From Amoebophrya sp. A120 (Eukaryota > Protista > Dinoflagellata): DNA of 64,000 nt. Below the pieces are notes generated by a model. That model saw only the letters and a list, made by a program, of their open reading frames with translations. It had not been told where the DNA came from and searched no databases. The stretch lies in assembly GCA_905178155.1 (NCBI GenBank), contig CAJINV010000002.1:3601838-3665837 (forward strand). Reading direction: 5' to 3'. The position numbers and the translations under genes are program-made. This document shows, one piece after another, positions 26,149 through 38,899 of this stretch. The first letter of the stretch is position 1. Each line of letters opens with the position of its first letter.

Positions 26149-26488
26149 CTACGTCTTTGGTTCATTCTCATCGTATTCTGATTCGCCGAAATGGAACCGG
26201 TGGTCATGTGGACTAGATCCTGCCGCGTTCGTCGTGGAACCTCCGCCACTGTTGCTGAGCGCGTAGAAGTGCTGATGATGATGTGTTGGTAGCATTACAA
26301 ACGGAGCAGATCCATATTGATGTTGAGGGCTTGCAACTGAAGGTGCAGGAACTCCTGCGTAGTAAGCTCCATGATAAGGCGGGCTCGCAGCTGTTGTACT
26401 AGCCCCCGCAAGATCATGGTGTTGTACAACTGCTGGCATCGGGACGACAGCCACCTGCGGATTAGCGTAGGGTGCACCTACGTACGTA
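26149..26488 (-). pseudogene. Low-complexity exon-like fragment on the minus strand
   Basis: Open frame YVGAPYANPQVAVVPMPAVVQHH...DENEPKT*, similar in composition to the local low-complexity genes; 5' side is rearranged. Confidence 0.35.
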
Positions 26489-28032
26489 GAAGAAGAGGAA
26501 GCAGCAGCAGCCCAGGAGAAGAAGAGGAAGCAGCACCTACGTACGTAAAACGACCAGGAGATGAACCAAACCAGTTCGAGGACTTCTTGGAAGCAAATCT
26601 TCTTCGTATTTCTTGACTATATCAGTTATTGGCTCAGTGGTTTTTTTTAGAAATATCATGCAAGAACTTTATTTCCCACAGGCCGCTTGAGTGATACTGA
26701 TACATCAAGCGCCTGCCATTGGGATAGATGCATGCCCCGAACAAACTGGTGATCTTCTTGTACTATGCTAGTCAAGAACAGTCGTAGCAGCCCCGCAGAT
26801 ATCGTTCTTGCAGAGGGTTTGATAGAAGTATTTGACTATCGTGATTGCATACTGATACTTGGTTGTACGAGTTATTATGCAATGCAAGTTCTTGAATGGT
26901 GCTAGCAGTACAGATCTCCTCCCTTTGTTTTAATCAAATTTCTCCAAATTTCAACCAAACTAAGCACATGCGTGCGAGCAAGAACCACCATGGAAGAAGA
27001 ACACGACAACGAGACCATACAAAATTCTAGATCAGCAGCACAATAAGAGTCTTCAGCATCAGTTGTTGACCTTTATGAAGTGCAGCGCTTTTTTCCCTTA
27101 GACAAGTGAAGTCGAAGAGAGGTCGCCCGGACTACACAAAAGTAGATGACCAGGTAGCATCAGTTCCATGGTACAACTACCAGGTCTTTCTCATTTCTGT
27201 GTACGTCGAGGATTTATTCCTTTTTTCGATTTCTTCCCCCGAATCCCCCTAGAAGATGGACCCTCATGATCAATCTCCCGATAGCAGTACAGAATTGAGT
27301 TGTAGTCCATGTCCACCCTCGCTAGCAATACATGGAACGTGCTGCTGGGAGGTTAGTTGTTCCTACTGGAAAAATTCGAGTAGGATTAATGCTGCTATTT
27401 GACGAACAAGGCTACAACTAGAACTACATAGGAGCACCATATAGCGAGATAAAATCGAACAGCGACATTTGAAAACGTAAAGACCATGTGGTGTTGATGA
27501 AAAAGAGGAGAGTATAATGAACAAGAAAACTACACGTCAGCACTACACTGACGTGCACGTGCTCGAGATGAAAAATTATACTGGAACTACATTTTGAAAT
27601 GTTGTTTTGTTTTTGTGGTTCTGCGTTTTTTGAAAATCAAAAACAAGAAAAACCCTGTTGCTATGCTAGTTCGGGGTGGTGGAACGATGCGCATGTTGTT
27701 GGTCGCGGAATTATATGGTCGCGCCGTGTTCATCGGACATCGGGCTGGTTCTTCATCTTCTCGGTTTCTGCTTATTTGAAACAAGTTTTTTTTTCCAGAG
27801 CGCTCCTTCTGCGTTGTCGTTTTTGCTTTGTGGTGGAACAAGAGAGATGAACGAGGGCAGAAGGAGGCTTTATCATTCTCTCTGTATAGTCGCATTATAA
27901 GTACTCTCACAAAAAGTAGTGCTCAAACCAATCGAGGACTGTTCATCCCTTGTTCAAAATTGCGCGAGAAGATGAACGGCGGCAAAAATAGAAGTGTAGC
28001 ACGATGCTAGAGACTTTGACGCCCCAAGTAGA

Positions 28033-31000
28033 ATGGTAGGACAACTCACGAATCTGTTGTGTTTGGCAAGTGTGTACTTGCTTCACTTCATTTCGTCCAG
28101 AGACATCACAAGTGGGGGTCTGCAACATGCCTCCTTCCAGTCGTGGCGCGGCAAAATAAACCACGAAATCAATCAGCTCAGTACAACTACCGGAAGAGCG
28201 TCACTAGTACCATCAAAGCGGGCCTCCACAGAACCTGCGTTGAAAAAGCTGCACACGACGGTACTACGCCGTGACGAGGACGACGAGGCACAACTTGTGT
28301 CGCCAACTGCTAGTAATGGCCTTGGCACGCCTACAGTTGGCGTCTATGGGAGGGACGTCGGAAAAAGAAAAAATACGGAACCTGCGCAGAATCCTCAGGA
28401 AATAAGAAGTGCACCGGGTACAACTTCTAGTACGAGTGAAAAAAGGATTCGCGTCAAGAACAGGCCAGACGAGCAGACCGAACTACACGCTGATCCCTTC
28501 CTGCTTTCTCACTGGTTCCAGAAAGCCGAGCAGATATCCGAAGACCCGAAGGTTTACAAGCTGCACGTGAAGCGATTTGAGGACCTGCCGCTCGCCCGTC
28601 TGCCGCGGCAGTGGCACGCTGCGCAGACACAGCTATGACCTGCTCAGGTATTACAATCTCAAGCGTTCCAATAGAATCTGGAATGTGTGTTGCAAGAAGT
28701 GCATTATCTACCTCCCCAATTCTCATAGCATTGCGCATGACAAAAGGGTTCTGGAGTCCCAATCCGCACTACAATCTGGTGAAATTTGTATTGCAGAAAT
28801 TGGCATGCTCTCCGAGTCTGTCATGCTCATCATGCAATACAAAAGAACCCAGACTCTATATGTAACGTTTGTGTTTGAGATTGTAACGTTTCAGCAGTTC
28901 ATAACAGCAGGACTACTTTTTTGACGAGGAGATCTTCAAGAGGAAAAAAAACGGGTTCTACATCGAGTGTGGGGCCTCCGATGGTATATGATGTGTTGCA
29001 AATGTGTCTAGCGGTCTGGAGGAGTGCAAGAACTTGTGATGCTACGGTCGGATTCTACATAAAATTTGTATTGCATGAACAGCAAAAAACGTCTAGACTT
29101 TGCTTCTACGCGGAGAGGGCATCATGCGGTATGGGCAACATCGGACCGCCGTCGCAGAATAATCTGTGAGGACGCTAGTAAAGCATGCATCACAGACATC
29201 TTGGGTCGTGGAAAATCTGCATGACAAGTCTTGCAAAAATCTTCCCGACCGAAACATATTTGCAATGGATATGGATTTCTGCACAGCAACACCCTGTTCT
29301 TCGAGCGCATCCGCAACTGGCAGGGCTTGCTGGTGGAAGCCAGCAAAATTGAGTTCGAGCAAATCGTGAACGCCGGGCTGCGAAAACCGGAAAACAACGT
29401 CTACTTTAACGGGTGCCTCACCGATTTTGAGAAGAGTGGGAAACTGCGTATAACCCGCTCAGGTTTTGCAATCTCAAACGTTACAACAGAATATGGAAAT
29501 CTGTGATGCAAGAGTGCGTGATCTAGCCAACTCTCATAGGATTGCGCATGACAAGTTCCGGAGCCCCAAACCCCGCTGCAATTTGGCGAAATCTGTATTG
29601 CGGAAAGTGGAACGCTCTGCGAGTCTGTCATGCTGATCATGCAAGACATCAAATCTCAGACTGTATTGTTGTAACGTTTGATATTGTAACACCTGAGCGG
29701 GTTATACTGCTCACCTACGTGGATCGGAGCGAGTGGACTAGTGGGCTTGGTTATGCAAGAAAAAACCTATGTGAGTGTAAGTCTGTGATGCAGAAAGTGC
29801 AAAACTGTTTGCACTTGTGATGCTGGATCTGCGTCATAGGCTACTTTCGTGCGTGTTTTCACGTACTAGCTACGCATGACAGGTTTTCTGTGTCATGCAG
29901 AGCAAACTTGTGATGCTATTCCTCCAAGAAACTTACACTTACACAGTTTTTTTCCCGGATATTGGTGTTGTGTCAGACAGGACTGCAGCGGAAGCGGCAG
30001 AGCACAATTCGCAGTACAACAGTAGAGACAGGTATCCAAGAAAAAAACTGTGTAAGTGTAACTTTTTTGCAGGAACAGCATTACAGATTTGTTTTGCATG
30101 ACAGAGAAAACCTGCCATGCGTAGCTAGTACACGAAAACACGTAAAAAAATAGCCTCTGATGCATATCCAGCATGACAAGTGTAACTGTATTGCAACATT
30201 TGCAAGACAAAGTTACACTTACACAGTTTTTTCCTTGCATAACAGGGTCGTGTCGGTCCCCTGTGTCTCGCTGACCGACTATCCCAGAGAAAAAAGCTGG
30301 CAGGGCATATTTGTAATGCAAAAACAAATACACGGAAAAATCTCTCATGGGCGGCCTCATAGCATGCTGTTTAGGATACGCAATACAGATTTTTTTTGTG
30401 TATTCATTTTTGCATTACAAATGTGACCTGCCAGCTTTTTTCTGTGGGACACCGACCTGTTTGCGAAGGGCATCGAGAAACAGTTCCCGGAAAGACTGAA
30501 CAGAATTCAGTACGGCCAGGAGGCGGTGGTAAAAATCGACTTGTTTTCCCTGGACGTGGAAGGCAACGAACTAGAGGTGTTAAAGGGGATCGACTTTACA
30601 AGGTACAAAATTGACTACTTCCTAATCGAGTACGCCCCTCCGCCGTATTACGAGCGCAGCGACGGCAGCAGCAGTGGCAGTAATCCGACAGACCTGAAGC
30701 TAAAACGCAAGGCGGATTTGGAAAACTTTTTTCACGAGCAGGTGTACTTGAAGTACGGAAGTGTCAGGTACGAAACCTTGGCGCTTCTGGGTGGCAAGGA
30801 GTGTGGTAGTCGTGGCGTGTATTGGGTTGTTCCTCCGGGTGGGGGCGGCAGCGCTGCCGGGGCGGTAGGCGGAATTCCAACAGGTCCGCGCCTGCGAAAC
30901 CCCGTCCCTTTGCACCTGCAAACCACCGAAATCCTGCGCTGTCAAGATATTGTTTTCCGCAGAATCCTATCGACTGCACATATTCTCGATCCGGGTCTGG

Positions 31001-31378
31001 AAAGTATGGAACTATTCTAAAATGCTGGTCCTACAGTACAGTCGTCCTGTGAATGTTGTGAAACTAAAATCTGTAATGCGCGACGACCAACAAAAGTCGC
31101 GGCTTGCTTTGTCATACGAAAACGCAGTTTCTCATGCGGACTGCGTATGAGAAAGCGCTCTGCATACTTTTTATGCTTGCCTGCGTACGAAAGTGCTTTT
31201 GTCAGAGTCGACAGCTCAGCATCACAACTTTCCAGACCCAGACGTATTTGCATTTGATAGATCTTATCAACGCTTCCGGTAAAAATTCCGCCAGAGCCGC
31301 ATCAAACAGCGAGGTGTTCTGTCAGGGGTCTTTGCGAGGGCCACAAGTTAGCGGAGGCGTCAGGAAAAACTTCGTGAT
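28033..31378 (+). CDS. FkbM-family (Methyltransf_21 / Star-like) SAM-dependent methyltransferase, 7 introners
   Basis: Spliced protein contains QTQQDYFFDEEIFKRKKNGFYIECGASDGFLHSNTLFFERIRNWQGLLVEA, VPCVSLTDL, KIDLFSLDVEGNELEVLKGIDF...IDYFLIE and QDIVFRR. N-terminus is hydrophobic. The last exon (after 31259) is less certain. Confidence 0.88.
28634..28903. mobile_element. Introner family F
   Basis: TATGACCTGCTCAGGTATTACAATCTCAA / TTGAGATTGTAACGTTTCAGCAGTTCATA; TSD acagc. Confidence 0.9.
28987..29271. mobile_element. Introner family A (diverged)
   Basis: Degenerate family-A TIRs; TSD tggta/tggat; removal restores ASDG|FLHSNT. Confidence 0.85.
29449..29706. mobile_element. Introner family F
   Basis: TATAACCCGCTCAGGT / ACCTGAGCGGGTTATA; TSD ctgcg/ctgct. 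Confidence 0.92.
29752..29961. mobile_element. Introner family E
   Basis: Family-E TIRs; TSD ttggt. Confidence 0.9.
30033..30241. mobile_element. Introner family E (GT-AG compatible)
   Basis: Family-E TIRs, inverted relative to 29752; TSD acagg. Confidence 0.92.
30280..30451. mobile_element. Introner family G
   Basis: TATCCCAGAGAAAAAAGCTGGCAGG / CCTGCCAGCTTTTTTCTGTGGGACA; TSD ccgac. Confidence 0.92.
30968..31259. mobile_element. Introner family A (diverged)
   Basis: Family-A TIRs; TSD aatcc/gatct. Confidence 0.82.
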
Positions 31379-31384
31379 GTTTGT

Positions 31385-31648
31385 TATGCATTGCAAATAT
31401 GCCTGTGTCTGGAACGATGCACGCGTGTGACGCTAACTCCTGATCAGACAAAAATCTGTGCTGCATGATCGTCAAAAGCTTCCCATTCCTTGCAACATCT
31501 TAAAGAGCAAGCTTCTCATGCGGGATAGGCACTACCATAAATAAGCAATTGCAAAATCTGTCGTGCTTTTGGGTGCATTCCAGGCGGCCATTTGATGTGT
31601 GATGCCAGCGATGACATCCAGAAGATCCAGACATATTTGCAGTGGATG
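31385..31648. mobile_element. Introner family A (decayed, probably 3' UTR)
   Basis: TATGCATTGCAAATATGCCTG / CAGACATATTTGCAGTGGATG; no clear TSD. Confidence 0.75.
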
Positions 31649-32292
31649 GCATTCGTGCTCTGTGGAGCCTCTACGATCATCGTTTCGTGCACATAACTTT
31701 TTAAAGGAACAATGCTACAACGTGACTCGGAGAAGTAGCTTCTTCGGTCTGTCACAGTGCCGAATCCAGCGCCAATTTATAATATTTGGGTCATCTGTCA
31801 ATACTTGTCAGTCATTGTTTCGGTTTCGGTTTCCTTACATATTTTCTACCGTAGTAGAACAACTGTTATGATCGGAATCGGTCGAGCTAGTAAGTACCAA
31901 CATCGGTTTTTGATGCTAGTGGTCTTCAATAAAAGCCACTCGGTAACTACAAGGAGGGTTGTTTTTCTGTACCGTTGTTTTTTGCTTTTCAGAGAAAGAT
32001 ATTCATTCAGTTACTTACTCATATTTCGCTATTGTAATAAAGGTTTTGGAATACAAACGGCAGGACCAACATCTGAATCGCATACGCGTTTAACAAAAAT
32101 ACAAGTAAGTATTGTCTTGTTTTCTGTTGCTGGCACGCACGACACAAAAGTTCAATTAAGCTCTTCGATCTCCTAGTACTCACCAGCCCCCCTCCAGGCG
32201 AATCTGTTGCTTTCGCAATACCAACGGCAAGAAAAAAATTGGATCAGCTTCTTGTTGCAAGAACAAGAGCTACATCAGAACAAATCAAAAAA

Positions 32293-35200
32293 ATGATGGC
32301 CGCTTTTTGCTCCACCAAGCTGAAAAAGTTCCTCCTGTGGTGCTACGCGCCGCTGCTGCTGCTTGATTTGATATGCACTTGGAAAACAAGTATCGCACTC
32401 GTAGTAATCCTAAAAAAAAAAATCTTCGCAGTTTATGCATATAGTACAAATGTCTCTCTAATTAATGCAAACCCTCATGACAAATTCCATGCCGACCAAA
32501 TTTGTGATGCGATTTCTACAAGTAGTGATGCGACTTGTTTTGCAGTTCATATTTGACCACGTGGACGACCAATGTTGGGACTACTTTTTGTCGTGCTCGC
32601 ACGCTGATTATCAAATGCAAAAATGTCTGGGTCTGGAAGGATGCGAACTTGTGATGCGCATTTCACAACACAGACAAATCTCTCATGCATAGGCAGCAAA
32701 AGGTGCCCATTTCCTGTCACCAAAATGGGGCGACATTTGTCATGCAGATTAAGCAATGCGGAAGCTTCTCGAAATCTGTGATGCTAGGGCTTCCATGACA
32801 GACATTTTGTGTCATGCAGAAACAGCAAGACAAAGATCTGCATTCTTTCACAGACCCAAACACTTTCGCAATTCATACTGATCTGGAAAAAGCAAAACAA
32901 AGAAAAGGCCGAGCCGGAAAAAGTGGGTCGCCTGGCTGGTTTCGCCGCTCGCATCAAAGCGCTGTTGGGAAAATCTCCGCGTTTGCCACGTACAGATACC
33001 TTTTTTACGTAACTTCAACAAATTAGGCTCTATTTTAGCTCAAATTAGAACCGGTTCAGGTTAAAAAAGGCATATTTTAGGTCGGAAAATGCATGGTAAA
33101 TGGATCAAAAGGCGCAAAATGGCGCCCCTGTTCCCACTAGTAGGACCGGAAATCCGATGTAGGGTTCAGAAAATGAAGCGCAGAGCAAGCTGCTGCGTGA
33201 TCTAGGTTTCTGCATTGGCTAAATGCGCGCCGCTTTTGTCTTCACCACATCAGGAACGTCCACACCACGGGGAACATTAGGGACCTTACGCGATGCGTTA
33301 GAATGAAGCACGTCGAACCTTTGCTACGCTTGGGCTGGACTGGGTCCAGCCAGAACACATTGATGGATATTGTGCCTATTTTGGAATACATTTGACCTAG
33401 ATTTATTTCTGCTTGCGCCTAAAGAACACTATTGGCTTGTGGGTAGTGTTCGAGCCCTCGGTTGACTGTGTACTAGATTCTTATTCGTTTGCTCGGTGCG
33501 CGTTTCGGAAACCTGCTTGTGAAAGCCAACACAACCCGGAAAATACAGGCGATTCCACACTGGAGCAGTGCGACAAGCCGCAGTTGCAGAACGAAGTGGA
33601 AAGCGCCAAAAAACGGGAGGAGGGCCTGAAGAACGAAGTCGAGGAAATTGCGGACGGCGATTGGGTATCAAACGCAAATATGTCTGGGTCTGGAAGGATG
33701 CAAGGTCTGTCATGCACATTTTGCATGACTCCTGACGTCTGTGATGCATGCCATAGCATCACAGATTTATTTGTGAGGTCTCCCTGATGCCTATATTACC
33801 GCATGAGAAATGCCCTCTCGCTGTGGCAAAATAAACTGGACCTCTTTTACTGTTCATGCAATACAGATTATCGTAGTATCCAAATGCAGCATGACAAGTT
33901 TACAATCTTCCAGACCCAGACATATTTGCAATGCATATTGGGCGGACGTGGACACCATGAAAGCGAAACTGGCGGAATTCATCGCAGGTCTGCGTGAACA
34001 CGCGACCCCCTATTCTATGGATTGCAAAAATGTCTGGGTCTGGAAGATTGCAACTTGTCATGCTACTTCCGAATAATGCAAAAATCTGTGTTGCATGAGT
34101 GCCAAAAGCTGTCCACTTTCGACCAAGTTGGGAGGCAGTTTCTCACGCAGGATAGGCATGATAGAACTCTCACAGAATCTGTCGTGCTATGTCCCACATA
34201 CCAGACCTCATGGGTCAAGGTCATGGGAAACCTGCATGACAAGTCTGGCATTCTTCCAGACCCAGACACTTTTGCAGTTGATATATTCCCCCTTTGATCC
34301 GTGCCGCACGCAGCAGGAAGAACTCTGGAATATGGAAGTTCGGGAAGTGGTATCAACTGCAAAAATGTCTGGGTCTGGAAAAATCTTCTAACTTGTGATG
34401 CTACGTCTGGAATCCAAAAAAATCTATATTGCATGAGCAGCAAAGGGAACGCAACTTTTGCTACGCGGAGAGGGTATCTGTCATGCGGAATTATAGCCAT
34501 CGAGAAAGCCTCAAAAAATCTACGGCATGCATCACAGACATCATGGCTCATGCAAAATGTGCATGACAAGTCTCAGAATCTTCCAGACCCAGACATATTT
34601 GCAATGGATAAGTGAAACTGAGGGCCGCCCTGAAATCACTGGTTGAGCACTCGACCTTGAGTGATGTTGGGCAACTATCAACTGCAAATATGTTGTAGTC
34701 TGGGTCCTCTGGAAGAGCGCAAGTTTGTCATGCTCGGCTAGCGTGACTCTCAAGTTTGTCATGTACGTTGTAGTCCAAAAGCTCAACATTATTTCTGTCA
34801 ATAAGCAAAGTCGCAGTTTGTGACGCAGAATATTTTTAGACAACACCTAGCAAGAACGCTTAGCCGGTACAACTTGTGCGGTCCTCGTGTTTATTCGCCA
34901 TTCAGCATCAGAAGTTTCCAGACCCAGACATGTTTGTAATCCATAGTCCATGAAAATGGTTGTGAAGGATTTGGTCAAGTGGGATTATCCAGAACAGGAG
35001 CAGGGATTTATGGACAGGAAAAATCCCCCCTCCCCATATTGAAAAGGTATGTTTCCAAAAATTTGTGTTGCTGATTTGTGACCACAAATCAGGTTTGTCT
35101 TACAAGAAGACAAGTGCAGAGGCATCCGCCCAATTGTGGAAGCGATTTGGCATGCTGTTGGTCCTAGTGGGTAGCCGTTTGCAATACTGAACGACTACAC

Positions 35201-35345
35201 CTGAGCGCTCCCACCTAGGCTGCGGATCTGGCCGCAGTGCCTTGCTGCAAGACAAGTCGGATTTGTGCACGCAAATCAGCATCAGAAATTTCCATTTTGA
35301 TATGGGGTGGGGGGATTTTTCATTTTGATAGGATTGTCACGCTAG
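32293..35345 (+). CDS. Hypothetical protein with hydrophobic N-terminus, 9 exons
   Basis: One continuous frame after removing 7 introners and GT-AG intron 32990-33476 (LLDL|TTWT, RTL|IWKK, PRLP|HSYS, GDW|ADVD, TPY|SPFD, REV|KLRA, VGQ|MKMV, QGL|SR*). Confidence 0.65.
32372..32551. mobile_element. Introner family B (diverged)
   Basis: Family-B-like ends; TSD tttga. Confidence 0.85.
32609..32877. mobile_element. Introner family A
   Basis: Family-A TIRs; TSD ctgat. Confidence 0.9.
32990..33476 (+). other. Predicted GT-AG intron (G-TACA...TGTA-CTAG)
   Basis: Phase-1 donor and acceptor join the flanking exons in frame; end geometry matches the introner register. Confidence 0.55.
33666..33937. 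mobile_element. Introner family A
   Basis: Family-A TIRs; TSD ttggg. Confidence 0.92.
34016..34283. mobile_element. Introner family A
   Basis: Family-A TIRs, close relative of 25024 and 15292; TSD tattc. Confidence 0.92.
34351..34610. mobile_element. Introner family A
   Basis: Family-A TIRs; TSD agtgg/agtga. Confidence 0.92.
34676..34945. mobile_element. Introner family A (diverged)
   Basis: Family-A TIRs; TSD decayed (gcaac/gtcca) but frame preserved. Confidence 0.85.
35009..35330. mobile_element. Introner family C
   Basis: Family-C TIRs; TSD ggatt. Confidence 0.92.
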
Positions 35346-37938
35346 TCTGGCATCATGACTCTGAGCTCTGTAAGTACTTATTGTGTAGCCGCAAAGAGCT
35401 CCTGTCATGCAAAAATTTAATGCACTTGACAACGCAGGACCAGGAGCCGGGCAGATGTGCCATTGCACAATTAAGCGCAAGCGAAACGTGAAGACGAACA
35501 AATATTAAAGTGAAGCGTTTCATAAATACGAATACCTGAGCAGGACGACGATTCGAAGTGCAGTACTATCTTTATACAACACAGATCTATTTGTGAATCG
35601 CATTATACCGATCGGAGATGATCATCACATACGCCATAATTCTTCCTGTTTGTAGATGCAAATTGCGTGGTCGAAGCTGCCCTCCTAATGCAAGCTGCAG
35701 CTGCGTTTTTACACGACGAAGATGATGAGGTTGACGCAACTAAAACTAAATCTCTTTGTCTTTTTTCTATTTACTTCTAACACCAGCCGGAGCACAAGAA
35801 CGAAATCCTCTTCGCAACCAATTATTCTTCGCCTGCGCCTTGTTGAACAAGTTATATTTTTCGAACAGTGTCATCTGTTGTCAAAATTACAGACACGCTA
35901 AGATGACCCTTTAGTACTACACTAGAAGTCATACAATTTTGCCAATGTTTTCCTCACCGCTTCGGAGTGGTAGAAGGCCCTGCATGGTAGAAGAAGTCAC
36001 TGTTTCGTCCCGACTGGGAGGGAACAGCAACTACAGCAAGGGAGTCGTGTATTCGTTATATAAAAACCAGGGCCGCTTACGCTTTTGCGGGAGCAGGGTT
36101 GTAGTACAGCCCGTCCTTACTTTTGCATTGTATATGTTTACAATGGGCCGCGTGAAGATAGTCCTCAGGACTAGGAAGACACGACTGCGAAGACAGGATG
36201 TACCGGAATGATGATCTTCCGGTCGGTCTTATTCTCAACTACACAGACGAAAATATTAAATCACTTTTGTTCACGAACACCAACGGAATGAACAACGAGA
36301 GAGAATGGGCATGCGTGCTGCTACCCGCAGATCAAAAGTGCAACAAAATCCTCGGTAGAAAAAGCTTCGATCAACTGTTGATGGTGCAGCTTTCTGCAGT
36401 GGAAGATAGAAGAGACTCGACACAAAAGATCTTCGCGGATCCACTACTTCGTGGATAACTTCTGTCTCCACGAATTTTCTTGAGCAAGGAAGGATCAAGA
36501 GTGAGCACAGGAACGAGCCACGCGCACCAAGATCAATTTGACACTGCCACGCAAACAGCAAACAACAAATGTAATGAGTTTGAGTATTTGTATGCGTTAT
36601 TATTCCAGCAGGCATCCTTCGAAGAGCGATCGGTTTGCTCGCGGCTCGTAGGCAAGAAACTGGGTACTTACTTACCACGGAGCGTGAAGATCAAAAAATC
36701 ATCCCGGGAACAATCTATCATTCAAGAATTTCGTCGGTCTTGATGGGAGACACTTGAATAAATCGGACCGGCCTTTGTGACACAACATCTGCTAAGCCTT
36801 CGGTTCTTGATCAATGTCCATATTGGATGAACGTGCGCAATATACTATGCAAGGTAAAGGTTCATCATCTGAATGAAAAATGCATTCTATTGGGCACATC
36901 ACGTTGTTGCTCTTTACTAGCCGGCAACTGTATCAAAGCACTTACTAGTAAAATAGCTCCCGATAAAATCAATGTGTTTGCTGCCTGTTCAGGGTTCAAA
37001 TAGAAGTTGAGATTTCTATCTCGTTATAATTCTGTGGACTCTCAAGTGTAAATTTTGCGACTAAAAAGTAAAAGTCGGCTCATTCTTGTACTGACACACC
37101 AATTCCTCGTCATCCCTAGTGCAAAATCTTCTATCACGTGGGTACTGAGGACAACTCTGTTGGCTTGTAAAGAAGAAACATATTGCAATTATAAAGAATT
37201 TCTGCAATACAGATTAAAAAAATGCCTTTCGCCCAGCGGTTTCTTGCCTGGCTGGCGTCCGCGTTCTACGTGGCCTTCACGCTCTCTCTTTCCTTCTATC
37301 AACTGCAATTTTATGTTCGTCTGGGACACTGAGAAAGCGACAGTGTTTGTGGTCAAATGCATAGATATGCCTTTGCCTCTCGGGAGGTACCTCCTGAGTA
37401 CTAATTGTATAATTTGAAGGCGGTCTACAACTAGGTTGCATGGCAATTATGCGGAAGTAGGCACGACATGTTTTCACGAGGCTATGGTATCTGATCATGC
37501 CTATAATCTTGCATCAGAACAAGTCGTCAACTTCTGTGGTTTGGGGAAAGAACGCATTTCTAGTATTTGCTGTGACTGCTCAGCGGGTTATCTTCGGCAT
37601 GACAGGTGGTTTATTGCAGTTGCACTTCTTTGACGAGGAGGAGGACCCAGATCGAAGATCTTTGCATCTCCATACCCCCGCGCTGGACTCAACGGAAACG
37701 AATGCCGTGCTCGCCGTCTCGCTCTCGCGCTCGAGCCGGACTGGACTGGCGCTGCTTCGTCCTCTGCTGATCCAGGTGGGGCCGCTGCCGACGCGGCTTC
37801 ACCTCTCCTGCAGGAGGGGTCGACTGTAGGGCCGTTGCTTGATACAACTCGTGGTGGTGGTGCCGCTGGAAACGCCGGAGCAGGAGGGACGAGCGAAGTC
37901 TCTTTCAAATCTATCGGTTCCCCGTCGCGGTCCTTCGA

Positions 37939-38259
37939 TCAAGAACAAAAATCCCCCCTTCCCATATCAAAACGGAAATCTGTGATGCAGATCATTTGTG
38001 GTCACAAATCAGCTTTGTCATGCTAGAAGGAAAAAGATGCGGACTGTAGAAGTGCTAGGCTGCGTGGGAAAGCCTTGCATCTTCAGCATGACCACACGAG
38101 GCAGCTGCAAATGGGTGGAAACAGGATCACAAATTGCTTGCAAACGAGGCCACAACTGCGCCTCTTTGCCTTCCAACAATACAAGTTGATTTGTGTACTC
38201 AAATACAGCATCACAAATTTCGCTTTCGATATGGGGAGCGGGGATTTTTCCTTTTGATA
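37939..38259. mobile_element. Introner family C within retroelement debris (left tip lost)
   Basis: AAAAATCCCCCCTTCCCATATCAAAA / TTTCGATATGGGGAGCGGGGATTTTTCCTTTTGATA; strongly similar to 13187. Confidence 0.88.
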
Positions 38260-38366
38260 TCGGCCCACTTCATGTTCAGCCCCACCACCGTGTGAAGTGG
38301 GGTCTCTAGTTTCGTCCACAATCGGATAGAACTCTCGTTTCGTCCACAATGAAGTGGAATCTCGGG

Positions 38367-38460
38367 GCGAAGCAGATAGGGTGACGCGGAGCGAAGCAGA
38401 TAGGGTGAAAGCAGATCGGGGCGAAGGCAGCGGCGGAGCGAAGCAGATAGGGTGACGCGA
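38367..38460. repeat. Imperfect short tandem repeat (GCGAAGCAGATAGGGTGACGCG-like)
   Basis: Read directly; about 4 imperfect copies. Confidence 0.7.
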
Positions 38461-38800
38461 GCGCTAGATGGCCCGTCTGGGGATGTGTCGTCTGCCTTCA
38501 CTTTTCCAGCTTCAGGCGACTCGCGTAAAACAAGAACCTCCGCGCAGATGAAAGCTGCCTGTAGGTTGGCTTCGGATCCGGCGGCTCTCTCACAGTGTGT
38601 CCGGCTTTTGGGTGAGCTTACTTCTCTCGCTTCGAGTAGTACGACAAAGTCGCAGATTTTGAAATATGAACGCATTACCCGGTCTAGCGGGGTGGAGCCC
38701 TGGCCGGTCACTTTCAGGACGATCGAAAATTTTATTGCCGTAGCTCTCGCAGCGGGCTACAAGACCTTCGACGATGTTGATACCAGCCTGATTTTGAAGC
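38452..38800 (+). pseudogene. N-terminal core-binding fragment of a DIRS-type tyrosine recombinase
   Basis: ...ITRSSGVEPWPVTFRTIENFIAVALAAGYKT resembles the P(F/W)P.T...F......GY.S/T segment preceding YR catalytic domains. It lies next to a DIRS-like RT and is truncated; no catalytic residues are visible. Confidence 0.5.
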
Positions 38801-38823
38801 AAATCTATCGGTTCCTCCTCGTC

Positions 38824-38899
38824 TCTTTCAAATCTATCGGTTCCTCGTCGCGGTCCTTCGACCCCACAGCGGCGGGACTATCCTACAGAAATAAATTAA
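38824..38899 (+). repeat. 76-bp direct repeat (second copy 39944-40019; partial copy 37898-37938)
   Basis: TCTTTCAAATCTATCGGTTCCTCGTCGCGGTCCTTCGACCCCACAGCGGCGGGACTATCCTACAGAAATAAATTAA. Confidence 0.92.

Noticed and set aside
32978-33505. 7-bp direct repeat CGCGTTT as an insertion TSD
   Set aside because: Removal at this repeat shifts the frame into a stop; the GT-AG intron 32990-33476 explains the region better.
33666-35330. CRISPR-like array of repeats with short spacers
   Set aside because: The repeats are inverted pairs, the spacers are exons, and there are no cas genes.
35939-37633. Short ORFs as a possible decayed transposase
   Set aside because: No recognisable catalytic motif by eye; needs a translated homology search.
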